A DNA stretch of 24,000 nt from Candidatus Woesearchaeota archaeon (GTDB lineage: Archaea; Nanobdellota; Nanobdellia; Pacearchaeales; GW2011-AR1): positions 12,340 to 36,339 of the forward strand of contig CAZCCD010000006.1 of the NCBI GenBank assembly GCA_964497435.1. Reading direction: 5' to 3'. The notes beneath the pieces were generated by a model. The model did not search any database, was not told the origin of the DNA, and saw only the letters and a program-made list of their open reading frames with translations. Numbering within the stretch: the stretch's first letter is position 1; each line of letters starts with the position of its first letter. The position numbers were made by a program, and so were the translations under genes. Of the stretch, positions 1 through 9,800 are shown piece after piece.

Positions 1-1
1 C

Positions 2-1672
2 ATACCTGACAAATCTTATAATAATGATACTAATCTGTTTTTGCAGCATCTAAATCAAATAATACAGAATTCCTTTAATAGCACTCCGGTTCCTAACGGC
101 TCGACAATTATAAAAGACAATATAAATAAATTTAATTTTTATTATATTGAAAAGGAGGGTGAGATTAATTGGAACACCTATGAAATTAAACCACCTGAAA
201 ATTTTTATGAAGAATGTTCTTTCTATGATGGGGCTGCAATGGTACATCTAGATGATCATAGAGATTTCTCGCTAGGAATAATGTTCACTTCTGAGAATTA
301 TAATTTCGGCACTATATTGCATGAATTTGGACATTCTATATTTGGTTTGGCTGATGAATATTGTTGCGATAGCTACTACTTCGAGCCAGAACCGTACAAA
401 AATATATGGATTTCTAATTCAAGCTGCAGGAATGATATGACATCAGAAGGCTGGGATCCAAATGCTTGTTATGAGTTTTGCCCTGCCGGTGTAGGGAATT
501 GTGAGAGTGGCTGGTGGAGATCAGACCCTCTGCCTGATATTATGGAGGATGACGGTAATGAGATAGTTCCGCCTTTCCAGCAGGCTGATCTAAGGAATAT
601 AAACTGGAAGTTTAATCTATACACTAATTTATTAAGTCAAAGTTTATCGACAAGTAAAGATAAGACAGCAATTATAAAAATACTTTTTGAGGGGAATCAA
701 ATATTATTGGGCAATATTAAGATAATCTATAACAATGCGTCTGATATTTCTGAATCGTTCGGGCATTATAATGTGATCCTGTTTGGTGACAATAATACAG
801 TTGCCAGAAACATTTCATTATGGGATCCTAAAATAATTATAACAGAAAATGAATCTGTTATTCTTAACGAAACTAATCTGACATTTAGCCTTCCTTTAAC
901 ATTAAAAGAAGACCGCATGGATATACTAGATACATTAGGTAATCTTAAATTGAGAGTAAATTTAACTCAGCCTATAAAAGATTTCTGTAGTTTTGGTGAT
1001 GGTGCCTGCGATCCTGATTGTTTCATAGGAACAGATCCTGATTGTCCCACTTACACATGCGGTGACGTCAACGGCAATGGTGTGATTAATTCAGCTGATA
1101 TAATCTATTTAGTTAACTATGTGTTTAAAGGAGGTCCTGCTCCCGAGCCTATTGAAACAGGAGATGTAAATAATAATGGAGCTATTAACTCAGCAGACAT
1201 AATCTATTTAGTAAATTATATCTTTAAAGGAGGATCATCTCCTGTTTGTGGAATTACTGTATCTACAACACAAACAAGCTATTCACAAACAGAACTACAA
1301 GAAACACAAACAGCTTTAAATAATGCTGGGATTAATGTTGACATAATTCCTCCAGTAAGATCAAATGGAAAACCTACTGGAACTTTGTCTAGTGGAACAA
1401 AAAGCACAACAATCTCATTAATAACAAATGAGGCATCTACATGTAAATACTCAATAACTTCAGGAGTGAGTTATGATTCAATACAGAATATTTTTACAAC
1501 AACCAATAACACAAATCACACGCAAACCATAACAGGTTTAACAAATGGAAAAACATATAACTATTATGTTAAATGTAAAGACAGTTCAGGAAATGCAAAT
1601 CAAGATGATTATTTGATTAGTTTTTCAATTGCTTCAACAAAAATAATCCCGAAAGTTGTAGGAGTTGAATAA
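2..1672 (+). CDS. Secreted M64 (IgA-peptidase-like) zinc metallopeptidase with dockerin-like repeats and a C-terminal Fn3-like domain; 5' partial, frame open to the window edge
   Basis: [14 protein letters not shown] matches the HExGHxxxxLxDEY-type motif of M64 peptidases. Two [24 protein letters not shown] repeats are dockerin-like. The C-terminus [27 protein letters not shown] is Fn3-like. The track start at 41 is a TTG codon and the frame stays open upstream to base 2, so the real start lies outside the window. Confidence 0.75.
   Translation: MPDKSYNNDTNLFLQHLNQIIQNSFNSTPVPNGSTIIKDNINKFNFYYIEKEGEINWNTYEIKPPENFYEECSFYDGAAMVHLDDHRDFSLGIMFTSENYNFGTILHEFGHSIFGLADEYCCDSYYFEPEPYKNIWISNSSCRNDMTSEGWDPNACYEFCPAGVGNCESGWWRSDPLPDIMEDDGNEIVPPFQQADLRNINWKFNLYTNLLSQSLSTSKDKTAIIKILFEGNQILLGNIKIIYNNASDISESFGHYNVILFGDNNTVARNISLWDPKIIITENESVILNETNLTFSLPLTLKEDRMDILDTLGNLKLRVNLTQPIKDFCSFGDGACDPDCFIGTDPDCPTYTCGDVNGNGVINSADIIYLVNYVFKGGPAPEPIETGDVNNNGAINSADIIYLVNYIFKGGSSPVCGITVSTTQTSYSQTELQETQTALNNAGINVDIIPPVRSNGKPTGTLSSGTKSTTISLITNEASTCKYSITSGVSYDSIQNIFTTTNNTNHTQTITGLTNGKTYNYYVKCKDSSGNANQDDYLISFSIASTKIIPKVVGVE
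1061..1236 (+). repeat. Two tandem dockerin-type calcium-binding-like repeats inside the metallopeptidase ORF
   Basis: [25 protein letters not shown] and [25 protein letters not shown] are nearly identical at protein level and similar at DNA level. Confidence 0.8.
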
Positions 1673-1681
1673 TAAAACAAA

Positions 1682-2008
1682 ATGAAACTATCATCAAAAA
1701 AATGCACACCATGTCAAGGAGGAATTCCGCCATTTAATTTAGAACAAATAAATGAATATAAGAAAAAAATAGACAAAGACTGGAAAGTCATTAATAATCA
1801 TCATCTTGAAAAAGAATTTAAGTTTAAAGATTTTAAAACTGCCTTAGATTTCACAAATAAAATTGGAAAGTTAGCTGAAAAAGAAGGGCATCATCCAGAT
1901 ATTTATCTTGCCTGGGGAAAAGTCAAAGTAATAACTTACACTCACAAAATCAACGGCTTGCATGTAAATGATTTTATTCTTGCTGCTAAGATTGATGAGA
2001 TAAAATGA
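1682..2008 (+). CDS. 4a-hydroxytetrahydrobiopterin dehydratase (pterin-4a-carbinolamine dehydratase)
   Basis: 108 aa. WKVINNHHLEKEFKFKDFKTALDFTNKIGKLAEKEGHHPDIYLAWGKVKVITYTHKINGLHVNDFILAAKID matches the family pattern GHHPD...V.V..TH...GL...DF..A..ID. Confidence 0.9.
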   Translation: MKLSSKKCTPCQGGIPPFNLEQINEYKKKIDKDWKVINNHHLEKEFKFKDFKTALDFTNKIGKLAEKEGHHPDIYLAWGKVKVITYTHKINGLHVNDFILAAKIDEIK

Positions 2009-2430
2009 AAAAGGTTCTTTTTGTATGTATGAGTAATTCTAGAAGAAGCCAAATAGCAGAAGCTATTTTTAATCATATTAACAAAAATATAGATGTTAAA
2101 GCTGAAAGTGCGGGGATCAACCCTATTGGTGGAAATTATACAATAGACCCGAGTGTAATTAAAGTGTTAAATGAAATTGGGATAGAAACAAATTATCTTA
2201 AAGTTAAGAAAATAACAGAAGAGATGTTGAGAAACTCTAATAAAATTATAACCTTTAGATGTGCTGATAAATTGCCTTCAAAATATCAATCAAAAGCTGA
2301 AGATTGGCAGATAGGAAGAAGGAGAAATGTCGGAGAAAAACAATTAGAAAGAACAATAGAAGAATTAAGAGAAATGCGTGATATTATTTATAATAAAATA
2401 AAAAAACTAATTAAAAATATAAAAAAATAA
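2005..2430 (+). CDS. Low-molecular-weight phosphotyrosine phosphatase / arsenate-reductase-like protein
   Basis: N-terminal MKKVLFVCMSNSRRSQIAEAIFNH carries a C(X)5R P-loop. ATGA overlap with the upstream gene. Confidence 0.8.
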   Translation: MKKVLFVCMSNSRRSQIAEAIFNHINKNIDVKAESAGINPIGGNYTIDPSVIKVLNEIGIETNYLKVKKITEEMLRNSNKIITFRCADKLPSKYQSKAEDWQIGRRRNVGEKQLERTIEELREMRDIIYNKIKKLIKNIKK

Positions 2431-2433
2431 AAT

Positions 2434-4881
2434 CTACGCAGGTTCTGAAGGAGATACTACATCAGTTTCAACAGCAACTCCTGCAGATGCAACACCCACA
2501 CCACCTACAACTCCACCTCTTTCATAGAAGTAATAAATATCTTCATAAGGCAGTTTAACAGATTCAATATAAGATAGATCATTTAGGTCATTTGCCTTTA
2601 CCATTGTCCTTGAAATTGTGTATAAAACATCATCCATGAATAATGACCTGTAAACAGCTGAGTTGTAATAATAATTTCCCTGTTCTGAAGCATTTTCAAC
2701 ATGGTCTACTTTTCCTCTCAAAGAAATTTCATCTTCGTTGAGTTTAAACACAAAAGCTCCTTGCCAGTATTCGTAAATAGGATATGGTGATGGTTCTACT
2801 CCAAAGGGTCCACCAGGACTTGAAACTCCAATTACTTTTGTATAAGATACAGGAAGGACTAACAATTCTCTTTCCTTGTCAAACAAGAAAGCCTTGTGTT
2901 CATACAATGCATTTGAATCAGACCATTGTTCTTTGACTTCATATTTTGCTTTTTCAATTGGGTTTGAAACATCAGAGACATCAAATACAGCTATCTTTAG
3001 GCCTTGGACTCTTCCTTCTTCTGTCGCTTCTTTGCCTATTCCTATAATATGATTTTCATCAAGAGGGTGTAGATAGTTTGAAAATCCTGTTACTTTCAAC
3101 TGGCCTAGGACTTCTGGAGATTTTGGATTAGATAAATCTATGACAAATAAAGGATCAACCTGTCTAAATGTAACCATGTAAGCCCTATCTCCAATGAATC
3201 TTGTCGAATAAATTTGTTCTCCTTTAGCTAAATCATCAACGCTTCCGACTATTTTTAAGTCAGAATCAAGAACATACATGTGATTTAAGCTAGGTGCTCT
3301 TGAACTCCATGTGTTTCCTGTTGTTGTGGCAATCCTGAAATAATTTTTATGTTCATCCATTGAAAACTGATTCAATATATGGCCTGGAACTTCACCATTT
3401 GTAATATAATCTATTTCCAACTCATCAACATTTATCTTATGGATGACTGTCTTCTCTGTCTTTTTTTGGAATTCTTCAGAAAATTTTTGGGTGTTTTCAT
3501 ATAACTTATTGTCAAATTCTTCTTTTTCATTTCCAGTTAGAGAGCTGGAATATTCTTGGACAATTTCTGAAACTTCCTGCGCTTTTTCATAGTATTGTTT
3601 ATCTGAATCCATTATTTCTTTTACATCACCAGCTTCTTTATTAGGAAGCAATGGAATAAATACTTCTTCAACAAGATCTTCGAAGTAAGTTTTATAGCTA
3701 ACTGTTTTTGTATAGGTTAAATAAATATTGTCTTCTGAAACATAGATGTTATAACTTGCTCCTGCCAAGTAAGTCTTGCTTTTATAATCTCCATTTTCAA
3801 TATCAACAGCCAGGATATTTGTGAAAACATAATTTGTGTCTGGGTAAGGAAAGTAAGCTATGTCTGTTACAGGGATTTCTTTTCTGACTCCGTCGACAGC
3901 AACATATGGAAGTATAATATCATCATAACCTGTATATTGATTGGCAATTAAATAAACATAGTTATCAATCATTCTTGCTGTAACATAATTTCCATCTAGA
4001 GATATTTCTTTTTCAAGTTCTGGAGATTCTCTGTCAGTTATATCATAAATAGATACAATTGTCTGAGAGTATTGCTTGTAATCCACAGAGAAGACAATTA
4101 ATTTGTCTTCATTTATGAACATCTCAAATGGATTACTTATGTTTATCTCACTTAGGATTTCCATGTTTTCTGCAGGGAAAGCATCAACTATTATTACTTG
4201 ATTTCCAGCAATCACGTAAATGTATTTTCCATCATTCTTTACTAAGTCAGGCTCATCGACTCCTTCAACCTGTATATTTGTTGTTGAATAATCTTCTGCA
4301 GATTTTTCTTGTGCACCACTTGTTGTTGCTGCGCTAGGTGCTCCTGAATCAATTGCTGCTTCAGCAACTCCTGCTGTCCCTATTCCTCCTGTTCCATAAA
4401 AGATTCCAGCTTCTTGGTTTTCTTTCAAGAAATTTTTCAATTCATTAATAGAATTAAATGTTTTAAAGTCATTAGAAAATTCTTCTTGCTTCTCTGGAAT
4501 AAATGCAATCAACGCTAATATTAATGCCCCTACAAAGATCAAGGGTATTACTGTCTTAAGAAGATTCATGTTAGGCCCTCTTTTTGGCGATATTACTATA
4601 TGTCGATTTGCTGGCTTATAAAGATTTATTTTTTTCCCTTTTTGACTCCAGAAAAAGTTCTTTGATTTTTCAACAAGTCCTGCTTCAACCAATTTTTTTA
4701 AATTATATTCAACTGTATTAAGTGGCATTTTCAAATCTTTAGAAATATCTTCTTCGCTCTTTTCTTTATTCTCTGCTAGATAATCTAAGATTTTCTTGCA
4801 GGTTTCACTTTTCAAAATCTCTGCAACTTTCTTGCTTCTCTCGTCGTCAAGATTCATCATTATGAATTTATCGTCAGCCAT
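2434..4881 (-). CDS. Membrane protein with an N-terminal winged-helix/HTH domain, one TM helix and a large secreted beta-propeller domain (Beta_propel/PF09826-like)
   Basis: 815 aa. HTH-like: SETCKKILDYLAENKEKSEEDISKDLKMPLNTVEYNLKKLVEAGLVEK. TM: LLKTVIPLIFVGALILALIAFI. Propeller signature: STTNIQVEGVDEPDLVKNDGKYIYVIAGNQVIIVDAFP. Later blade-like segments: GEQIYSTRFIGDRAYMVTFRQVDPLFVIDLSNPKSPEVLGQLKVTGFSNYLHPLDENHIIGIG. Confidence 0.8.
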   Translation of the reverse strand: MADDKFIMMNLDDERSKKVAEILKSETCKKILDYLAENKEKSEEDISKDLKMPLNTVEYNLKKLVEAGLVEKSKNFFWSQKGKKINLYKPANRHIVISPKRGPNMNLLKTVIPLIFVGALILALIAFIPEKQEEFSNDFKTFNSINELKNFLKENQEAGIFYGTGGIGTAGVAEAAIDSGAPSAATTSGAQEKSAEDYSTTNIQVEGVDEPDLVKNDGKYIYVIAGNQVIIVDAFPAENMEILSEINISNPFEMFINEDKLIVFSVDYKQYSQTIVSIYDITDRESPELEKEISLDGNYVTARMIDNYVYLIANQYTGYDDIILPYVAVDGVRKEIPVTDIAYFPYPDTNYVFTNILAVDIENGDYKSKTYLAGASYNIYVSEDNIYLTYTKTVSYKTYFEDLVEEVFIPLLPNKEAGDVKEIMDSDKQYYEKAQEVSEIVQEYSSSLTGNEKEEFDNKLYENTQKFSEEFQKKTEKTVIHKINVDELEIDYITNGEVPGHILNQFSMDEHKNYFRIATTTGNTWSSRAPSLNHMYVLDSDLKIVGSVDDLAKGEQIYSTRFIGDRAYMVTFRQVDPLFVIDLSNPKSPEVLGQLKVTGFSNYLHPLDENHIIGIGKEATEEGRVQGLKIAVFDVSDVSNPIEKAKYEVKEQWSDSNALYEHKAFLFDKERELLVLPVSYTKVIGVSSPGGPFGVEPSPYPIYEYWQGAFVFKLNEDEISLRGKVDHVENASEQGNYYYNSAVYRSLFMDDVLYTISRTMVKANDLNDLSYIESVKLPYEDIYYFYERGGVVGGVGVASAGVAVETDVVSPSEPA

Positions 4882-4902
4882 AGCATAGTAAGAATCCTGC
4901 TA

Positions 4903-4912
4903 TTTATAAATA
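4903..4912 (-). promoter_or_regulatory. Archaeal TATA box for the HTH-TM-beta-propeller gene
   Basis: TATTTATAAA on the minus strand, centred about 26 nt upstream of the ATG at 4881, consistent with a leaderless transcript. Confidence 0.55.
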
Positions 4913-4953
4913 AAGCGAAGTGTTCAATGGAGGTTGAAGTTATGTATAGAAAA

Positions 4954-4962
4954 GCTTAAAAG
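4954..4962 (+). promoter_or_regulatory. Archaeal BRE/TATA-like element for the 4984 gene
   Basis: AAAGCTTAAAAG centred about 26 nt upstream of the ATG at 4984. Confidence 0.45.
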
Positions 4963-4983
4963 TGCATATCATTAAGTCTGGCA

Positions 4984-5883
4984 ATGGGATTAAAAAAATT
5001 GGGTATGCTTGCAGCCGGTTTAACAGTATGGTACGCTTTAAATGGGACTCCTAAAAACTATGAACGGGAAAGGAATAGATACCCACTACCTCAAGAGATA
5101 GAGGTTAAAAATTGTTCATATCACCGAAATAATTCAAAAGGTACTCATGATGAAATTATCTACGGAAATCCTACTTCTAAAAAATTAGATATGATAATTA
5201 AAACCGAGGAAATCGACTTTCATAAAGATTTTGTTATCGAAACTGATAGATACAGATTAGTAAAGGATAAAGATTGGTTGCCGTCTAGGCTTATAGGACA
5301 TACTCTTTCAATGCCTGGAAAACTATTATTTTGGAATTGGGATTATGCGTTGGGGCAAGATGAAGAAAGAGCGAAAGCAACCTTATCTATGTTAGAAAAA
5401 GACAAAACAGTAAAAGATATAACATTAAGATTAAATCATAATGAAGCTTTTTATGATATGTGGAGAATGTTCACAGATAAAAAACTTAGAGAAAGAAACA
5501 ATTTTTTTGCAAGAGTTTTAATAGGTATACCCGTAACTATGTTTGATGAAATCTGGGCAGAGTTTAGTAGAGGCAGTTATTACAATCCACTAACTGGAAC
5601 AGTCGTTTGTTATAGTAATATAGAATCCGTAACAGCGCATGAACTTGGACATCACAAAGATTTTCAAAGGTTTAGTTCTGATTGGGAATATGAGTTGTTT
5701 AGATTTTTGCCACCTGTGATGCTCTACCAGGAATGGAAGGCAAGCACAATTGCAAGAGATAATTTGATGATTAAGGAAGATAGATGGCAATTTAATAGAT
5801 ATCTAATTCCCGCATTTGCAACTTATGTTTTAGCTTCCATGGCAATAATAAGAAAGTGGTTAAAAAAGATAGATGAAGATTAA
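4984..5883 (+). CDS. Putative membrane-associated zinc metalloprotease-like protein (HELGH motif)
   Basis: 299 aa. NIESVTAHELGHHKDFQRF contains HExxH. Hydrophobic N-terminus GLKKLGMLAAGLTVWYAL and C-terminal segment FATYVLASMAIIRKW. No precise family recognised. Confidence 0.5.
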   Translation: MGLKKLGMLAAGLTVWYALNGTPKNYERERNRYPLPQEIEVKNCSYHRNNSKGTHDEIIYGNPTSKKLDMIIKTEEIDFHKDFVIETDRYRLVKDKDWLPSRLIGHTLSMPGKLLFWNWDYALGQDEERAKATLSMLEKDKTVKDITLRLNHNEAFYDMWRMFTDKKLRERNNFFARVLIGIPVTMFDEIWAEFSRGSYYNPLTGTVVCYSNIESVTAHELGHHKDFQRFSSDWEYELFRFLPPVMLYQEWKASTIARDNLMIKEDRWQFNRYLIPAFATYVLASMAIIRKWLKKIDED

Positions 5884-6017
5884 TTTAATATATGTTTTTT
5901 ATCTTCTGATCTGGGCAGATGATTTTAAGACGGATAGGAAGATAGTCTGTCAAATCCATAAAATTATTCATTTTTTATGTTTAAATAAATTTGTACAGAA
6001 TATGTAAAGTTAATTGA

Positions 6018-6242
6018 TTATTGAGAATCGTATTCTGAATAGGTATGAGAATATCTAACATCAGTCCATTTAGAAGCATTCCCTGGAACATGCGTAGGAA
6101 CCCCAAGATATTTCATCTCACTGTTAAGAAAATCTGTAGCTTTCTGTATGCTATCAATTTTAACAATACCTTCTCCCTCATTTACTCTTTCTAATATAAC
6201 ATCAACTAACTGCTGAACATCCTTGTTTGATCTTCTTGTCAT
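6018..6242 (-). CDS. Small hypothetical protein (74 aa)
   Basis: Complete ORF MTRRSNKDVQQLVDVILERVNEG... with a TTTAAA TATA-like box (6264-6269) about 25 nt upstream of the ATG on the minus strand. Confidence 0.5.
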   Translation of the reverse strand: MTRRSNKDVQQLVDVILERVNEGEGIVKIDSIQKATDFLNSEMKYLGVPTHVPGNASKWTDVRYSHTYSEYDSQ

Positions 6243-6367
6243 GTTATATTTACAATAAATGGATTTAAAAAGTTTGTCTCTCCTAAAAAATAATTATAAA
6301 CATTTAAATAGTTTTTATATAATTACTTTCTTGCAAAATACAACTAATAGTAAGTTACAAAGGGGTA

Positions 6368-6401
6368 ATATACAACCTATTGTATATTATTGGTTGTATA
6401 T
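6368..6401. promoter_or_regulatory. 10-bp perfect inverted repeat flanking the putative nrdR TATA element; candidate operator
   Basis: ATATACAACC (6368-6377) and GGTTGTATAT (6392-6401) with a 14-nt spacer containing TGTATATTA, about 25 nt upstream of the nrdR ATG at 6410. Confidence 0.5.
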
Positions 6402-6409
6402 AGAAAACA

Positions 6410-6847
6410 ATGGACTGTCCATACTGTTCACATAAAGAATTCAAAGTCACTGACAAAAGAGCATCTCCTGAAGGAATAAGGAGGAGAAGAGAATGTTTAA
6501 AGTGCAAAAAAAGATTCACGACATATGAGAGAATAGAAAAAAGTGAGCTTTATGTCATAAAAAAAGATAATAGAAGAGAAAAATTTGATACAAATAAATT
6601 AAGTGCTGGAATACACAGGGCGTTTGAGAAAAGGCCTGTGTCGAGCGAGGTTATAGATAAAATGATAGGGGAAATTGAGGAACAAATAAGAAAAAGCGGG
6701 AAAAAAGAGGTGAAGAGTTCTACTATAGGAGAGTTAGTCATGAAGAAAATGAAAAAGATGGACAATGTTGCATATATTAGATTTGCATCTGTGTATCGTG
6801 ATTTTCAAGACATAAAAGATTTTAAACGCGAGATGAAGGAGTTGTGA
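6410..6847 (+). CDS. nrdR: Transcriptional repressor NrdR (zinc ribbon plus ATP-cone)
   Basis: MDCPYCSHKEFKVTDKR...RRRRECLKCKKRFTTYERIE is the NrdR zinc ribbon, followed by an ATP-cone-like region VIKKDNRREKFDTNKLSAGIHRAFEKRPVS. Located directly upstream of the RNR gene. Confidence 0.95.
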   Translation: MDCPYCSHKEFKVTDKRASPEGIRRRRECLKCKKRFTTYERIEKSELYVIKKDNRREKFDTNKLSAGIHRAFEKRPVSSEVIDKMIGEIEEQIRKSGKKEVKSSTIGELVMKKMKKMDNVAYIRFASVYRDFQDIKDFKREMKEL

Positions 6848-6848
6848 A

Positions 6849-9800
6849 ATGAGTAATGAAGGAAGGGAAGCATATGGCGCAAGAAACAGACAATTGCTTG
6901 AGAGAATCGGTCCTTTAATTGAAGATTTTGAAGCCACGGTAAATAGAGATGGAAAAGAAGAAAGGATAAAATTGTATGACCCCTCTACAGTCATTCATAG
7001 ACTCAGTGCTCACCCAGATTATGTGGTAGAAAGGACTCTTGGCACTCTAAATGATGAAGTTTTGTCTGGAGATCCTAATAAAGCAAATTATAGTAAGATA
7101 GTTCTTGATAAATGGGGTAGAAAAGATCCTGTAACAAAAAGATATAGCGAAACTCCTGAGATGGTTTTCTATAGGGCAGCCCTAAGTGTTGCTGAAGGTT
7201 TAGTTAAAAATGATCCTTCTCTTGATTTTGAACAAACAACAAGAAATATATTTGAGAAATTTTTCAATAAAGAGATTTACCCAAACACCCCTTATATGGC
7301 AAATGGAGGACATAAAAGAATTTCTAGAAAAATTGAGGAGGCATTAACAAGTTATGGTGGTCAAATACCAAAAACAATTACAAATGATTTAGAACAAGAA
7401 AGAAAAATAAAAGAGCAACTATTCGCTTGTTTTGTTCTCCCTTTATATGACTCAAGAGAGAGTATATTCAAAACACTAATTGATGCGGCAAATATCCAAG
7501 CTTCTGTTGGTGGGACAGGATTTAATTATGAATTGAGGCCTGCTAATGAGATTGTTCATGGAACAGGTGGAACAACTGATGGCCCTGTCTCGTTTATGAG
7601 AATGTTTTCTGAAGTTTTAGGCAGAACTATGAATCAAGGAGGGAAAAGAGAGGGAGCAAATATGTTTATGCTTGACTGGAATCATCCTGACATAATGAGA
7701 TTTATTTATTCAAAAAGGCAAGATGGTGAGATTTCTGCTGCAAACATATCTATAGCCGTAGATCATGAGTTTATTGAAGCGGCCAAAAGTGATGGAGATA
7801 AGAAATTTTATCGCTTAAAAAATGTGCATCATCATCCAGAACTTAGACCACACATATCTCCTTTCTATACTGCCGATCAACTGAAACAATCAATTGAGGT
7901 AACTAAAATTAACAGAAAAGCAGTTGCTTCATTGTTGTTAGGAGAAAATGGAGTAGATGTTTTAAGCCCATGGCTTCCTGAAGGGTTAGACGAAGAATAT
8001 AAAGTTATAGGTAAAATCGGAGAGGATGGATATGTATATCTGGATGCCAAAAAAGTCATAAGACATCTTGCTTTTGGTGCATGGTTTAATGGAGAACCTG
8101 GAGTAATATTTACAGGCCATATAAATGATCATAATCCAACTCACCCAAGACACTATGAAGAATATTTATTAGAACAAAAAGATCAGGAAGCACAGAGTAT
8201 TGTTAATACCCTTAGATCAAGGAACCCTAATGCATCTTTAGAAGATTTGGTTCATAAATATGTTTGGGAAATGGGTGAAGATGGAAGACTTAAAAATCTG
8301 CCTGTTGGTGTCGGGGTTATCAGAGCAACTAACCCATGTGGAGAAAAACCATTGCTTCCTCATGAGGCCTGTGTTTTAGGGCATGTAAATTTAGAGAAGA
8401 TTTTAGTTACGGATTCTGTTTCGCAATCTGGGTATAGAGTTGATTATGACAAATTTGCGGCTGATACTAGACTAATGTATGAAATTTTAGATAATGCAAT
8501 TGACCAAAATGAGTTTACAACTCCTGAAATAGAAGTAACGCAAAAAAGCAACAGGAAAGTTGGCTTGGGTTTTATGGGTTTGGCAAATATGTTATATAGA
8601 TTAGAAATTCCTTACAATTCAGAAGAAGGACGGAAATTTGTGGATGAATTACTAACTTTCTGGGAGAGGGAAAGTGATAAATCTTCATTTGAAAAGGCTG
8701 ATAAATTTGGAGCTTTTCCTAATTTTAAGTATAGTCATCATAAGAATGGAAGACAAAAAAGAAATGCTATAGTAAGAACACTTGCTCCAACAGGAACTAC
8801 TGGATTTGTGGCGCAAACAACCGGGGGAATGGAACCAGAATACGCTCTTGCTTATACAAGAACCACAATGCAAGGAACTTCAATTGATATGTTTAATCCT
8901 GTATTAGAAGAAAAACTTGATAAGTATTCTTTTTTCTTTGGGGCTGATACAAGAGAGAGTTTACATGAATTTATAATGGGAAATAAAGGAATCTCTACTA
9001 CTGGCGGCTCCTTGCAAGAATTTAATATAACAAGACAAAAAGGAGAAAGTGTTGATTCTTTTAGAGCAAGACAACAAAATCTAAACAAAATTAAGAAAAT
9101 ATTCGTTACAGCATATGATATTCTGCCTGAAGATCACCTGACAATGGAAGCTATTGTGCAAAGGCATGTTGATGATGCAATAAGTAAAACAACTAACTTC
9201 AGACATAATGCGAGTGTGGAAGAGGTTGAGGGGGCCTTTTTGCTAGCTCATGAGCTAGGAATTAAAGGAGTTACTTTTTATAGGGATGGGACTAGAAAAG
9301 ACCAGCCATTAAAAGTTAAGGGGCAAAAATACAGTAATGAAACTTCAAATGGAAATTTAGCAGATCTTGTTTTAACTTATATAAACAGGCCACGACCAGA
9401 AATTGTTTCTGGGCCAGAAATAAAAATCAGGACTCCTTATGATTATAACGCTTTTGTGAGGGTTGGTTGGGAGAGAAACGAACAAGGAAAACCTATTTCA
9501 ACTTATGAGGCATTTGTTAATCTTGGGAAGACTGGAGAAGATTTGCCGGCAATAGCTGAAGGATATGGGAGATTAATTTCTTTAGCTCTTAAAGCTGGTG
9601 TGCCGGCGCATATTGTTTCTAATGAATTAGTAGGAATTGGTGGGGCTACTCAAAAAGGGTTTGGAGAGGAAAGAGTAATGTCGCTCCCAGATGCTATAGG
9701 TCAGGCCATAGATAAAGCTATTGAGCAAGAAAGCAGGTTGTCTGGAATGTACAATGGAAATGAAAAAAAGGATGTTACAAAAAGTGGAAATCTCTGCCCG

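Noticed and set aside
1061-1236. DNA-level direct repeat considered as a possible mobile or CRISPR-like repeat
   Set aside because: Only two copies, in frame, and fully explained by duplicated dockerin-like protein motifs.
4128-4337. Plus-strand 69-aa ORF inside the beta-propeller gene, and the 50-247 and 5590-5790 antisense ORFs
   Set aside because: Embedded in larger supported coding sequences with no family resemblance.
5884-6017. Intergenic region 5884-6017 examined for a small RNA, attachment site or terminator
   Set aside because: No strong hairpin, repeat or ORF that I could support by eye.
6550-9088. Minus-strand ORFs opposite nrdR and the RNR gene (6550-6765, 6734-6994, 7877-8059, 8685-8873, 8852-9088)
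   Set aside because: Opposite clear coding sequence; hydrophobic low-information translations.
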